A DNA stretch of 35,868 bases from Octopus bimaculoides (lineage: Eukaryota): NCBI RefSeq assembly GCF_001194135.2, contig NC_068984.1:130125446-130161313 (forward strand), given 5' to 3'. The notes under the pieces are model-generated. The model worked only from the letters and a program-made list of their open reading frames with translations. It ran no database searches and was not told the DNA's origin. The position numbers and the translations under genes were made by a program. Of the stretch, positions 1-9,599 are shown one piece after another; the stretch's first letter is position 1; each line of letters begins with the position of its first letter.

Positions 1-40
<40 letters not shown>

Positions 41-75
41 CCTCTGTGTGTGTGTGTGTGTGTGTGGATATATAA

Positions 76-189
76 ACTCTTTTACTCTTTTACTTGTTTC
101 AGTCATTTGACTGTGGCCATGCTGGAGCACCGCCTTTAGTTGAAGAAATCGACCCCATGACTTATTCTTTGTAAGCCTAGTACTTATTC
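76..189 (-). mobile_element. SINE family B, 3' fragment
   Basis: Matches the tail of the full-length copies at 12188-12592 and 26906-27321 (cttttacttgtttcagtcatttgactg...gacttattctttgtaagcctagtacttattc). Confidence 0.85.
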
Positions 190-837
190 AATATATATAT
201 ATATATGAAGAAAATACACTTTTCGTTGCCCAACTACTACCAAGGCTCTGTCAAAAATTTATTTACGAATTGAGATTACTTTCATTTCTTTTCATTTCTG
301 TTCAGTTCAGCTGCATATATATTTATATATTAATATATCTCTCTATCTGCATATCTGTTGATATACCTGCATTCCTTTCTGTGTCTTCTACTCTCATAAT
401 ATCAATAAGTATTTAAACCAAATTACATTTAAAAAATGGGAAAATGACTTCAACCTTTGGTCTGGAACAGCAAAAGATAAAAGTGTAACAGTCACAGCTA
501 TTTGCTAACTAAGCTTATTTCACTTTAATTTAACTATCTATCGATATATCTTTTAAGGCATAAATTTATAAATCTTCATGACATTTTTTCACTATGTTAA
601 ACAGTTCGACTGTGCCTGCAATTTGAACGCACAAATGCAAAATAACAGAGATTTTCTCCGCCCCTCTCTCTCATTCTCTCTCACTCTCTTGGTCTCCCCT
701 TCACCCCACTTCTTTCTCTCTTAATATATATAGCTCCCCATTCGAGTTATTACCTCCCTTGGCGTAAGCATAACACACGGACAAAACAGACAGTCAAGCA
801 GAAACGCATAGAATAATATTAGACGTTTCTTGAAAGA

Positions 838-1050
838 AGGTGAGCTGGCAGAATCGTTAGCACACCGGACAAAATGCTTATCGGCATTACTTCCCTCCCT
901 TTACGTTCTGAGTTCAAATTTTGCGGAGGTTGACTTTGCCTTTCATCCTTTCAAGGTCGATAAAATTTGCACCAGTTGAGCACTGGAGTCGATATAATCA
1001 ACTGTCTTTTCCTTAAAATTGCTGGCCTTGTTCCAAGATTTGAAGCCATA
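838..1050 (+). mobile_element. tRNA-derived SINE family A, tail type 1
   Basis: A-box-like TGGCAGAATCG, B-box-like GAGTTCAAATT, core gactttgcctttcatcctttc..gtcgataaa and tail ggccttgttccaagatttgaa. Nine related copies occur in the window. Confidence 0.85.
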
Positions 1051-1380
1051 TTGATGTTTCTTGATAATAGTATGTTTGGAATTTTTTTTTCAAATGACTG
1101 TCTAGTTAATTCAGTTCTTCTTTCTGCTTTTACTTTCATATTTACCGTTTTGTTTTTATTGGAAATATTCCAGGTATAATATCATTGGTGTCTAATCAAC
1201 TGGCTCTCCCTCAATTGTGATATTTGTTTTGGGTGACCGTGGTTTCTGGCTAATTTCCATTGATTTTATTATCTTCATATTCATAACGATTCCATGGGGC
1301 ATTTCTTTGTCATTTGATGATGTTACAATGTTCTGAAGGTCGTCTCTGCTCACAAAATACTCTGCGGTATTTTGATGCAT
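1050..1380 (-). mobile_element. Decayed RTE-like LINE reverse-transcriptase fragment
   Basis: Minus-strand peptides DDLQNIVTSSNDKEMPHGIVMNMKIIKSMEISQKPRSPKTNITIEGEPVD and ERRTELTRQSFEKKIPNILLSRNIN follow the pattern of the post-YADD region of RTE-clade RTs. Stops and frameshifts present. Confidence 0.7.
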
Positions 1381-1384
1381 GCTC

Positions 1385-1780
1385 GGGCTTACTTGTACTT
1401 ACTTGTACTTGTTGCGATATTCACCCTGGGTGAGTTGAGCCGGCTTCGACCAATGGGTTCACCGCGTCCCTTATGCATATACACTTTCAGACAATGTGAT
1501 CCGTAGCAGCTCAACTTGCTATCGATTGTTGACAGCCGCAGAGGATTCACTGCTGATTAATCGGAGCAGACGTAGCCTGTGTCTGAAACGGATGCTAGAG
1601 ATATACTTTAACAAAAGCTAAGGGCTGCCTCACTACCCGTGGTCTTCTGATACGCCGGACACCAACCCGGAATTTCTAAGGGCCCGTACTATCAAGTTTA
1701 TCTTTCTACCAGTCAGAAGTCAATACCAGACAAATTCTGAGAGTAGATTTAATCGACTGTACCCTTCCGTTGAGGCATTA
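1385..1780 (-). mobile_element. Probable 3' end of an RTE-like LINE with CAAGTA-type tail
   Basis: Minus strand ends ...atcgcaacaagtacaagtaagtacaagtaag. A degenerate HG**GSP..KYI..(S)DTG resembles the RTE C-terminal HGxRxRGRP..Y....DTG motif. Heavily decayed. Confidence 0.45.
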
Positions 1781-1802
1781 TGTCAATATCATAGAGAATA
1801 CT

Positions 1803-2015
1803 AAAACGGTGAGCGGGTAGAATCGTTAGCATGATGGGCAAAATACTTAGCGGAATTCCGTCCGTCCTTACGTTCTGGGTTCAAATTCCGCCGAGGTCGA
1901 CTTTGCTTTTCATACTTCCGGGGTTGATAAAATAGACACCAGTTGAGTACTGGGGTCGATGTAATCGACTTAGCCCCTTCTCCGATATTTCTGGCCTTGT
2001 GACAAAATTTGAAAC
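1803..2015 (+). mobile_element. SINE family A, tail type 1, with 19-bp TSD
   Basis: Complete head-core-tail, flanked by caatatcatagagaatact (1784-1802) and caatatcatagagagtact (2016-2034). Confidence 0.9.
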
Positions 2016-2162
2016 CAATATCATAGAGAGTACTTATGATATTGCTCTCCTTGTTTCTATTTGCCTTCGTACGTGTATTCGAACGTTACGCTTTAAACAA
2101 CCTTAACTGAGAAAAGAAGACGAAGACATAATCGAAATTCTTAACCTAATGAAGTAAATGTT

Positions 2163-2200
<38 letters not shown>

Positions 2201-2203
<3 letters not shown>

Positions 2204-2516
2204 GAAGAAGAAGAAAAACTGAACAACTACGACGATTTGAATTGGGAAAAACGAAGGTTGTGGTCAATGAGGAGAGCAGACGTGATACCAATAGTAATTG
2301 GCGCACTTGGAAATATCAGCACTCAACTACCAACATGGCTCAAAAAAGATTGGTACCAATATAAAGGTAGAACACCTACAAAAACCCTCATTGTTAGGAA
2401 CTGCAAGAATTCTTGCAGTTCTTGCTGTTCTTGTAGCACCATTAGTAAACAAGTGTCACCTTAATCTGCTGGCTGTGGCCAGCTGACACTTTCAGCAAAA
2501 TAAGCTGAGACTTTTC

Positions 2517-2519
<3 letters not shown>
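2201..2519 (+). mobile_element. R4/Dong-like RLE non-LTR retrotransposon 3' end (lineage X, copy 1)
   Basis: EEKLNNYDDLNWEKRRLWSMRRADVIPIVIGALGNISTQLPTWLKK/IGTNIKVEHLQKPSLLGTARIL, typical of the RLE C-terminus, then a 3'UTR and (AAT)n at 2520-2554. Second copy at 16125. Confidence 0.8.
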
Positions 2520-2555
<36 letters not shown>

Positions 2556-2556
<1 letters not shown>

Positions 2557-2615
2557 GATTACCCAAGGTGTCGGGAAGACACTCAGAAAGAAATGGAAAC
2601 AAAATTCAAAGGAGA
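2556..2615 (+). mobile_element. Extreme 3' tip of RLE-LINE lineage W
   Basis: aggtgtcgggaagacactcagaaagaaatggaaacaaaattcaaag aligns with aggtgtcaggaagacactcggcaagaaatacaaacagaattgaaag at about 10355-10401. Confidence 0.7.
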
Positions 2616-2634
2616 AGAAAACAATAATAAAAAT

Positions 2635-2758
2635 AATGGTTTCAAATTTTGGTACAAGGCCAGCACTTTTGTGAGAGCTGCTAAGTCGATTACATCGATC
2701 ACAGGGCTCAGCTGGTAATTACGTTATCGATCCTGAAAAGATAAAATACAAAGTCGAG
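2635..2758 (-). mobile_element. SINE family A, headless, tail type 1 (left arm of fold-back pair)
   Basis: Reverse complement reads tcgactttgtattttatcttttcaggatcgataa...gatgtaatcgacttagc...gctggccttgtaccaaaatttgaaacca. Confidence 0.8.
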
Positions 2759-2891
2759 GTTGACTTTACCTTTCATTTTTTTCGGGGTCGATTAAATAAG
2801 TACCAGTTACGCGCTAGGTTCGATGTAATCGACTTAATCCCTTTTGTCTGTCCTTGTTTGTCCCTTCTATGCTTAGCCCCTTGTGGGCAAT
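2756..2891 (+). mobile_element. SINE family A, headless, tail type 3 (right arm of fold-back pair)
   Basis: gaggttgactttacctttcattttttcggggtcgattaaataagtaccag...gatgtaatcgacttaatcccttttgtctgtccttg...agccccttgtgggc. Confidence 0.8.
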
Positions 2892-3079
2892 AGCTAGCAA
2901 TTCTGACAATCAGCTTCCGAGAATGCATTTCTTTCCATACATTTACCATTACGTGTATCATTTTCATGATACGTAATATATTTTACCGTTTTCTTTCCAT
3001 GATTGGATAAGAACGACCATGCATCTAATAAAAAATGACAATTTTTAAATAATTTTTTTCACAAAATATTCTTGCATTC

Positions 3080-3262
3080 TTTTACTTATTTCAGTTATTG
3101 AACCTCGGCCATGCTGGTGCACTGCTTTCAAGGACTTCTTCGTTCAGTCCATCAAATCGACTGCTGTATTTATTTTCAATATTGCACGTATTCTATCGGC
3201 TTCTTCTGTGCTGAACCGATGTGTTTCGGTATCGTAAATAAAACTACACTGATTGTCAATTG
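3080..3262 (-). mobile_element. SINE family B, degenerate 3' half
   Basis: ttttacttatttcagttattgaacctcggccatgctggtgcac... and tattctatcgg...gaaccg match the family B tail. Confidence 0.6.
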
Positions 3263-3808
3263 GTGAGAGAGATACACAAGCATGCGCACACTCACACACA
3301 CGCATATTGTGTGTGTGTGTGTGTGCGTGCGTGAGTGTGTGCATGAGTGTGTGCATGAGTGTGTGTGAGAGTGCGTGTGTGTGTGTGAGGAAACTTACCT
3401 CATTGAAAAATATAAAGCAAAACTTAACCAATTTTAGCATTTTATTCTATCAAAACTAAATCATGTTAAATTAATAAAACCTAATCATTCCCAACATTTT
3501 TTATTATCTCCCTTATACCGAAAAATCCCTGCTTACCTCCCCCTGTTTGGAACTCTTCTACATCGTACAATAGCGAAGAGATAACACAATATCGGTAAAG
3601 AAATTTGAGAAATTTGAAAAGAAAATACGAAACCGGTTATTTCTCCAAAAAACATGTCACTACACACAAAATTCTATAACAGTTTCGTAACATGACAATT
3701 TAAATATATTCTTTAACCATATAATTTCAAGTCTTCTGTAATTTTTTCATTCTATTTTGCTTTTTATACCATCCAACCACGTGCTTTCACATACCAACTT
3801 TCTCACCC

Positions 3809-3849
<41 letters not shown>

Positions 3850-4241
3850 AACTTCTCTCTCCCTTCCAGTTCGTCTCATCACAGCGTTCAGTATACCAGC
3901 CCTTCTTGTTTATTTTCACTGTTTCGTTTTCCTGTCATGTTTTCTGTTCACCACGATATTCCTCCGCGCTACAAATTTAATTTGTTTCCGCGGGAAGAGC
4001 CATTCTAACGATGCGTCCTGCCCTAACTCTTCGAAACGCTTAGTTTTAGAATGGTGGCAGCTGATGAAGGAAATGTTCTCTATGCGGCCTGTGTGTTTTC
4101 TGTACTCTGTTTATGATCTGTTTTTCCTTTTGTCCACGTTTTTTTGTGACGTCCTGTACCCAAATACGAATCTATATATACATGTAGATGTAGGTATGTA
4201 CATACATGTACGTATATATGCATATACTCGCTTATTATTTG

Positions 4242-4277
<36 letters not shown>

Positions 4278-4538
4278 GGCAGGAAATGTGGTTTAGTGGT
4301 TAGGGTGTTGGACGCGAAATTGTGGTTTCGATTTTTGGATCGGGCGATGCATTGTGTTCTTGACAACCCCCCGCCCCAAAAGAAACACTTCATTTGATGT
4401 TGCTCCAGTTCACTCAGCTGGCAAAAAACGAGTAATCCTGCGACAAACTGGCATCCAGTCCAGCGGAGAAGACACACTCCAGAGAAACCGGAAAACCGGC
4501 CTTGTGAGTGTATATGACGCAAGAAGAAGCTTTAAACT
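4278..4538 (+). mobile_element. tRNA-derived SINE family E (single copy)
   Basis: A-box-like TGGTTTAGTGG and a degenerate B-box GGTTTCGAT. The body gctccagttcactcagctg...cctgcgacaaactggcatccagtccag resembles conserved central domains of CORE/V-type SINEs (from memory, unverified). Confidence 0.65.
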
Positions 4539-5361
4539 ATCCACTTATAACTGACACTCTGTCACTTAAATTTAAAAACAGTTAAAATTTTAATTAAAAA
4601 CAGTTTTCTTCAAAAAAACCAAAAAACAAAGATAAAAAAAATGATGATAATAATAATAATAATAAACTTGGTGTGATGCGTAAATTCTAAGCGTTGATTT
4701 GAAATCAGTACCCAAATATTAAATGAAATGGAAACCGACTTCGAAAAGAAAAAGAAAGTGTTTAAAATTATATTTCAAAATGCAACACAGTGTTAAATAT
4801 ATAGAGGAAGGGGAGATGTATACGACGCTAGAGAGGTGTCTTTGGTGTGCAACTACCTCCCAGCCATATCTCGTCCAATTACGCTTTTCTTCTATCAAAT
4901 CTATTGGTTAGAATGGCCGTAAGTCTTGCAAATTCGGTGACACTAGCTGTTGTTGTTGTTGTTGTTGTTGTTGCTGTTGTTGTTGTGCATGCTGCTGCAG
5001 CAAGAATTAGTGTCGATATTGGTGCAAGTGTTGGTGTAGCGTGGCGTAGTCATCGCCACAGCTGGACTTGAAGCGATGTTTAGAATGCGCGGACACTTAA
5101 AGAAAGCAGACGATAGGGAATAGGAGGGAGGTGTAGAGTGAGAAAGAGAGGACAGATAGAGAGGGGGGGGACAGAGAAAGAAAGAGTGTGTGAAAGAGAG
5201 GGAGTGAGATGAAGGGAATATAAGGCAGCGGTGAAAGAAGGAGAAGGAAGTGTGACGGTTGATAAAATGATGGCGGTAGGAAAAATAGAGAAAACTGGAG
5301 AATTTGTAATGGAAACAACAGAATGTAAGAAAGGCACAGAGAAATAAGAGAGAGGAGATGT

Positions 5362-5430
5362 CCGTGTGTGTGTGTGTGTGTGTGCCTGTGCATATGAGTA
5401 TGTGTACGAACAGATAGATATGCATAAGCA

Positions 5431-5466
<36 letters not shown>

Positions 5467-5628
5467 TGCTNNNNNNNNNNATATATATATATATATATAT
5501 ATATGCATGTATATTTATATATATATGCATATATATGCATTTGTATTTGAATATATACATGTGTGTAAGTATGTATGTATGTATGATGTACGTACGTATG
5601 TGTGTATCTATAAATACATATGTGTGTG

Positions 5629-5677
<49 letters not shown>

Positions 5678-5817
5678 ATGTATATATATATATATAAACA
5701 CGTATAAACACAGATACGCATTTGTATATTTTCCCTGCCTGTTTATTTGCCTATCTGCCTGCCTGCCTGCATGTATGTATGTCTGTATATTACTATGCAT
5801 GTATGTATGTATGTATG

Positions 5818-5848
<31 letters not shown>

Positions 5849-5862
5849 GCATGTATGTATGT
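5362..5862. repeat. Compound (TG)n/(TA)n/(TATG)n microsatellite with 10-N gap
   Basis: Directly visible. Confidence 0.95.
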
Positions 5863-6104
5863 GAGCGTGCCTCTCTAAGTACGTCCGTATATGTATAACG
5901 TATTCCTGTGTCAGTTTTCTTTTTCTGTTCTTTTCTATTTAACCGCACACACATGAGTTCTTCGGAGGTATTTTTGCTTTGACAAAGAGATTAACTACGC
6001 CAAAACGAATTTTCGTTCGTATTGACTAATTCGTTATTCGAACCATTCGAAAGATTGGTTAATATAAAAGAATAATAATAGCAACAATAATAATAATAAT
6101 AATA

Positions 6105-6320
6105 ATCCTTTCTACTATAGACATGAGGCCTGAAATTTGTGAGGAGGGGTTAAGCCAATCACATCGATCTCAGTGCTTCACTGGTACTTAATTTATTGAC
6201 CCCGAAAGATGAAAGGCGAAGTCAACTTCGGCAGAATTTGAACATAGACCGTGAAAACGGACGAAATGCTGCTAAACACTCTGCCCGGCGTGCTAATGAC
6301 TCTGCCAGTCTATCACCTTC
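6105..6320 (-). mobile_element. SINE family A, tail type 2
   Basis: Full-length reverse copy ending ...caggcctcatgtctatagtagaaaggattatt, with TAA-type tracts on both sides. Confidence 0.85.
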
Positions 6321-6339
6321 ATTAATAATGATAAAAATA

Positions 6340-6559
6340 ATCCGTTCTACTATAAGCACAAGGCCTGACATTTTGGGGAACGGGATAAGTCGATTACATC
6401 GACCCTAATGCGTAACTAGTACTTATTTCATCGACCACCTCCGAAAGGATGAGAGACAACGTCGACCTCAGCGGAATTCGAACACAGAACGTAGCGTCGG
6501 ACGAGATATCGCTAAGCTTTTCGTCCAGCGTCATAACGATCCTGCCATCTCGTCGCCTT
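6340..6559 (-). mobile_element. SINE family A, tail type 2
   Basis: Full-length reverse copy ending ...caggccttgtgcttatagtagaacggattatt, tandem to the previous copy and flanked by TAA/TGA repeats. Confidence 0.85.
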
Positions 6560-6563
6560 AATG

Positions 6564-6597
<34 letters not shown>

Positions 6598-6611
6598 TGA
6601 TAATGATAATG

Positions 6612-7750
6612 ATAAAGCTAGACAAAAGAATTAGGAAGGAATTCAATATGAATGGAAAACTCCACCCAAGGGCAGATGTAGCAAGATTATACATACCTAG
6701 AAAGGAAGCTAGAAGATGGCTAATATCAATAGAAGACTGCGTGGAGTTAGCTAGAATAGACATAGACTCCTATGTAGGTAATAATGAAGAAAGTTTATTA
6801 GGAGCTACCAGAGTTAAAGTAAAACATGGAGAAACCAAAAAAAAAAAGAAAAAAAAAAAACGAAGTTAAAAACCAGAAAAAAGAACAAAAGTTATCTGAC
6901 TGGCAGGAGAAGGCTTTCTATGGTAGGTTCCCAAAGATAGTTGCAGCAAATAGTAGTGAGGCATGGTTATAGTTGCAGAAAGGAAGGCTGAAAAGAGAGA
7001 CAGAATGTTTGTTAGTAGCAGCACAAGATCAAGCATTAAGGACTAATTGGATAAAAACCAAGATAGATAAAGAAAAAATAAGTAGATTCCCAATGTAGGT
7101 TATGCAAATCAAAAGAAGAAAGTGGTATTCATATAGTGAATGTAGGAAGCTGGAACAGAAAGAATACAAGAAAAGACATGACAACCTAGGGAGAGTAATC
7201 CACTGGAAGTTATGTAGAAAGCTAGGATTTGACCATACTGATAAATGGTATGAACATGAACGTAGTAAAGTACTAGAAAGTAAGAAATACAGGATGTTTT
7301 AGGACTTTAACATTCAGACTGACAGAGTAATAGAAGTTAGAAGGCTTGATTTAGTAGTAGTAGACAAAGACAATAGAAGAGAATAGAAGGTGCCAAATAA
7401 TTGACTTTACAGTCCCAAATGATAAAAAAAAATCAATATGAGAGGTATAAATAAATATCAAAGAACTAGAACCTAACCATTGAATTACAGAGACTATGGA
7501 AAGTGCTGGTAAAATGTATCCCAGTAGTTATAGGTGCATTAGGAACTATCCCTAAAGATTTGAACAGATGGATAGAAGAAATAGGCATGAAACCCAGTTT
7601 AGTACAGCTCCAGAAAACAGTGTTATTAGGGACAGCTAGGATACTAAGGAGAGTTCTTGGCATCTTAGGTTGCTTGTTGTAGCCCGATGTTAGGATTTTT
7701 TTCTTTTCCAACAGTCTGACCTGGTGTGTGTATATGAAAATAATAATAAT
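6612..7750 (+). mobile_element. R4/Dong-like RLE non-LTR retrotransposon, 5'-truncated and decayed (lineage Y)
   Basis: Across frameshifts: KLDKRIRKEFNMNGKLHPRADVARLYIPRKE; ETECLLVAAQDQALRTN; CCHC knuckle CRLCKSKEESGIHIV/SEC (7094-7143); KKRHDNLG; DFNIQTDRVIEVRRLDLVVVDK; IPVVIGALGTIPK..LQKTVLLGTARILRRVLG. TAA repeats at both ends. Confidence 0.92.
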
Positions 7751-8365
7751 TTCCCAGACATAATGATCAAGGATTGGAGAATACATATCTGCTTACTGAT
7801 ATACTTTTCAGTCCCTTCTGATCAAAATATTTTCAAAAGAGAAATGGAGAATTGTCAAATACAAAATTGAAGTATTCAAAATGTGGGGCATGAAGGTAAA
7901 AACAATATCAATAATAATTGGAGCATTGGACATAACAAAAAAATACGAACAAAAATATCGAAGCTGTTTCCTCAACACTACACACTGTCCAAAAACTAGC
8001 CCTACTAGGAACAGTCCACATCCTACGCAAGACACTATCAATCCAATAATACAACCTATACAAAACAACCCACAAATACAAGACACAGTGTATACAGCGT
8101 TTACCCAGTGAAATAAACTCCCACCAGCAAACCAGAACATCGAAACTATTACACACTCAACACACAATACAAGCAGTAACACGACAAAAGACAGCACCAC
8201 ACCCCAAGGAAAAAAAAAGACAACACAATACAGTAGCGAGAATAGTTTGCACCCTCCCAACAGCAAAAAAGAACGCACAATGCCTCACACGCTCCTGCAA
8301 CATGGCGGTGTAGCAAGTAATGCAGTAGAAAGTTGCCTCAGTCTGCTAAATATTGAACAGTTATA
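7751..8365 (+). mobile_element. RLE non-LTR retrotransposon 3' end with long 3'UTR (lineage Z)
   Basis: PDIMIKDWRIHICLLIYFSVPSDQNIFKREME../MWGMKVKTISIIIGAL../TVQKLALLGTVHILRKTLSIQ* (stop 8047-8049), about 315 bp of UTR, then (GAT)n(GGT)n. Confidence 0.82.
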
Positions 8366-8399
<34 letters not shown>

Positions 8400-8437
8400 G
8401 GTGGCGGTGGTGGTGGTGGTGATGGTGGCGGTGGTGG
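8366..8437. repeat. (GAT)n grading into (GGT)n
   Basis: Directly visible. Confidence 0.95.
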
Positions 8438-8495
8438 TTTAAAGTGAGAGATAAAAAGACTAGCCGTTGAAGAAGGAGAGTGTTTTACCTGTTGC

Positions 8496-8746
8496 NNNNN
8501 NNNNNNNNNNNNNNNNNNNNNNNNNNNNNNNNNNNNNNNNNNNNNNNNNNNNNNNNNNNNNNNNNNNNNNNNNNNNNNNNNNNNNNNNNNNNNNNNNNNN
8601 NNNNNNNNNNNNNNNNNNNNNNNNNNNNNNNNNNNNNNNNNNNNNNNNNNNNNNNNNNNNNNNNNNNNNNNNNNNNNNNNNNNNNNNNNNNNNNNNNNNN
8701 NNNNNNNNNNNNNNNNNNNNNNNNNNNNNNNNNNNNNNNNNNNNNN
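8496..8746. other. Assembly gap (other N-runs: 5471-5480, 15286-15603, 16897-17266, 20018-20268, 23896-24793, 29544-29567, 35010-35262)
   Basis: Runs of n, nearly all adjacent to microsatellites. Confidence 1.
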
Positions 8747-8770
8747 ATGATGATGATAATGATGATGATG

Positions 8771-8823
<53 letters not shown>

Positions 8824-8824
<1 letters not shown>

Positions 8825-9093
8825 TTCTGTGTTTTGCTCAACATCCTTAAACAACCCTTATTCAGGGACCTTTTGAGCGAGATGGGCTACTCGACCTGAA
8901 GAAAATTCTAACTTGGTCCCACCTGCGAGGCCATGCGCTGCTTATCTTGATATGAGATCACCATGTCGTGCACATATGGTTGTGATGCATGTGCCTGGTG
9001 TACCCTTATCAGACGGGTAGTCATGATGGGTATAATGGGCTTCGTATATTTTACCCCAGTGTCACTTTGATGGCATGCACTGCTCTCTCACTC
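8824..9093. repeat. Unclassified 270-bp island between two (AAT)n tracts, probably an interspersed repeat
   Basis: Sharp boundaries with (AAT)n at 8777-8823 and 9094-9177, higher GC than surroundings, no recognisable ORF. Single copy here, so repeat status is inferred. Confidence 0.4.
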
Positions 9094-9133
9094 AATAATA
9101 ATAACAACAATAATAATAATAATAATAATAATG

Positions 9134-9177
<44 letters not shown>

Positions 9178-9599
9178 CTAAACAACATTTAATAATACCA
9201 CACAGTATTAAGAACAAAGATGGTAGACTTAGCTAAATAACGGTTATACTGACGCCGTGGCTACAAAGATTAGCCACAACAATACAGATCAAGGCACTAT
9301 TGGTGGTAACTAACGATGAACAATGCTGTGATGGCAAGGTTAATGTAACTGTAACGGTATTAATGGCGGAGTTAACAATACTAGCAGAGACCACAACCGT
9401 CTCTACATCTGCCACATTACAGGGCTCAATATTAGTAATTATAATGTAACACAAACATGTCTTACGAAGCAAAAAAGAAAAACTACAACAGTACATTAAA
9501 TCGCTTGTCCTATGGTTAATCTGGAAGCGCGTCCCCCGTAGAGAGACAGCCTGGGGTCGAAAAGTCGTCCACTGGCACAGGCTCTTCTCTGAATACGAA

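Noticed and set aside
4025-4085. CTGATGA (4061-4067) with upstream GAAAC (4033) as a possible hammerhead
   Set aside because: No stem II pairing in any topology and no downstream GAAA. The same failure applies to CTGAAGA 8896, CTGAGGA 28820 and CTGACGA 31796.
4943-5864. Long ORFs (up to 285 aa) of YI/HT/CV/MY repeats here and at about 14020-14621, 33690-34512 and elsewhere
   Set aside because: Translations of TA/CA/TATG/CT microsatellites that lack stop codons; no coding evidence.
7808-8278. 156-aa minus-strand hydrophobic ORF
   Set aside because: Antisense of the A/C-rich lineage Z C-terminus and 3'UTR; composition explains the V/L/C richness.
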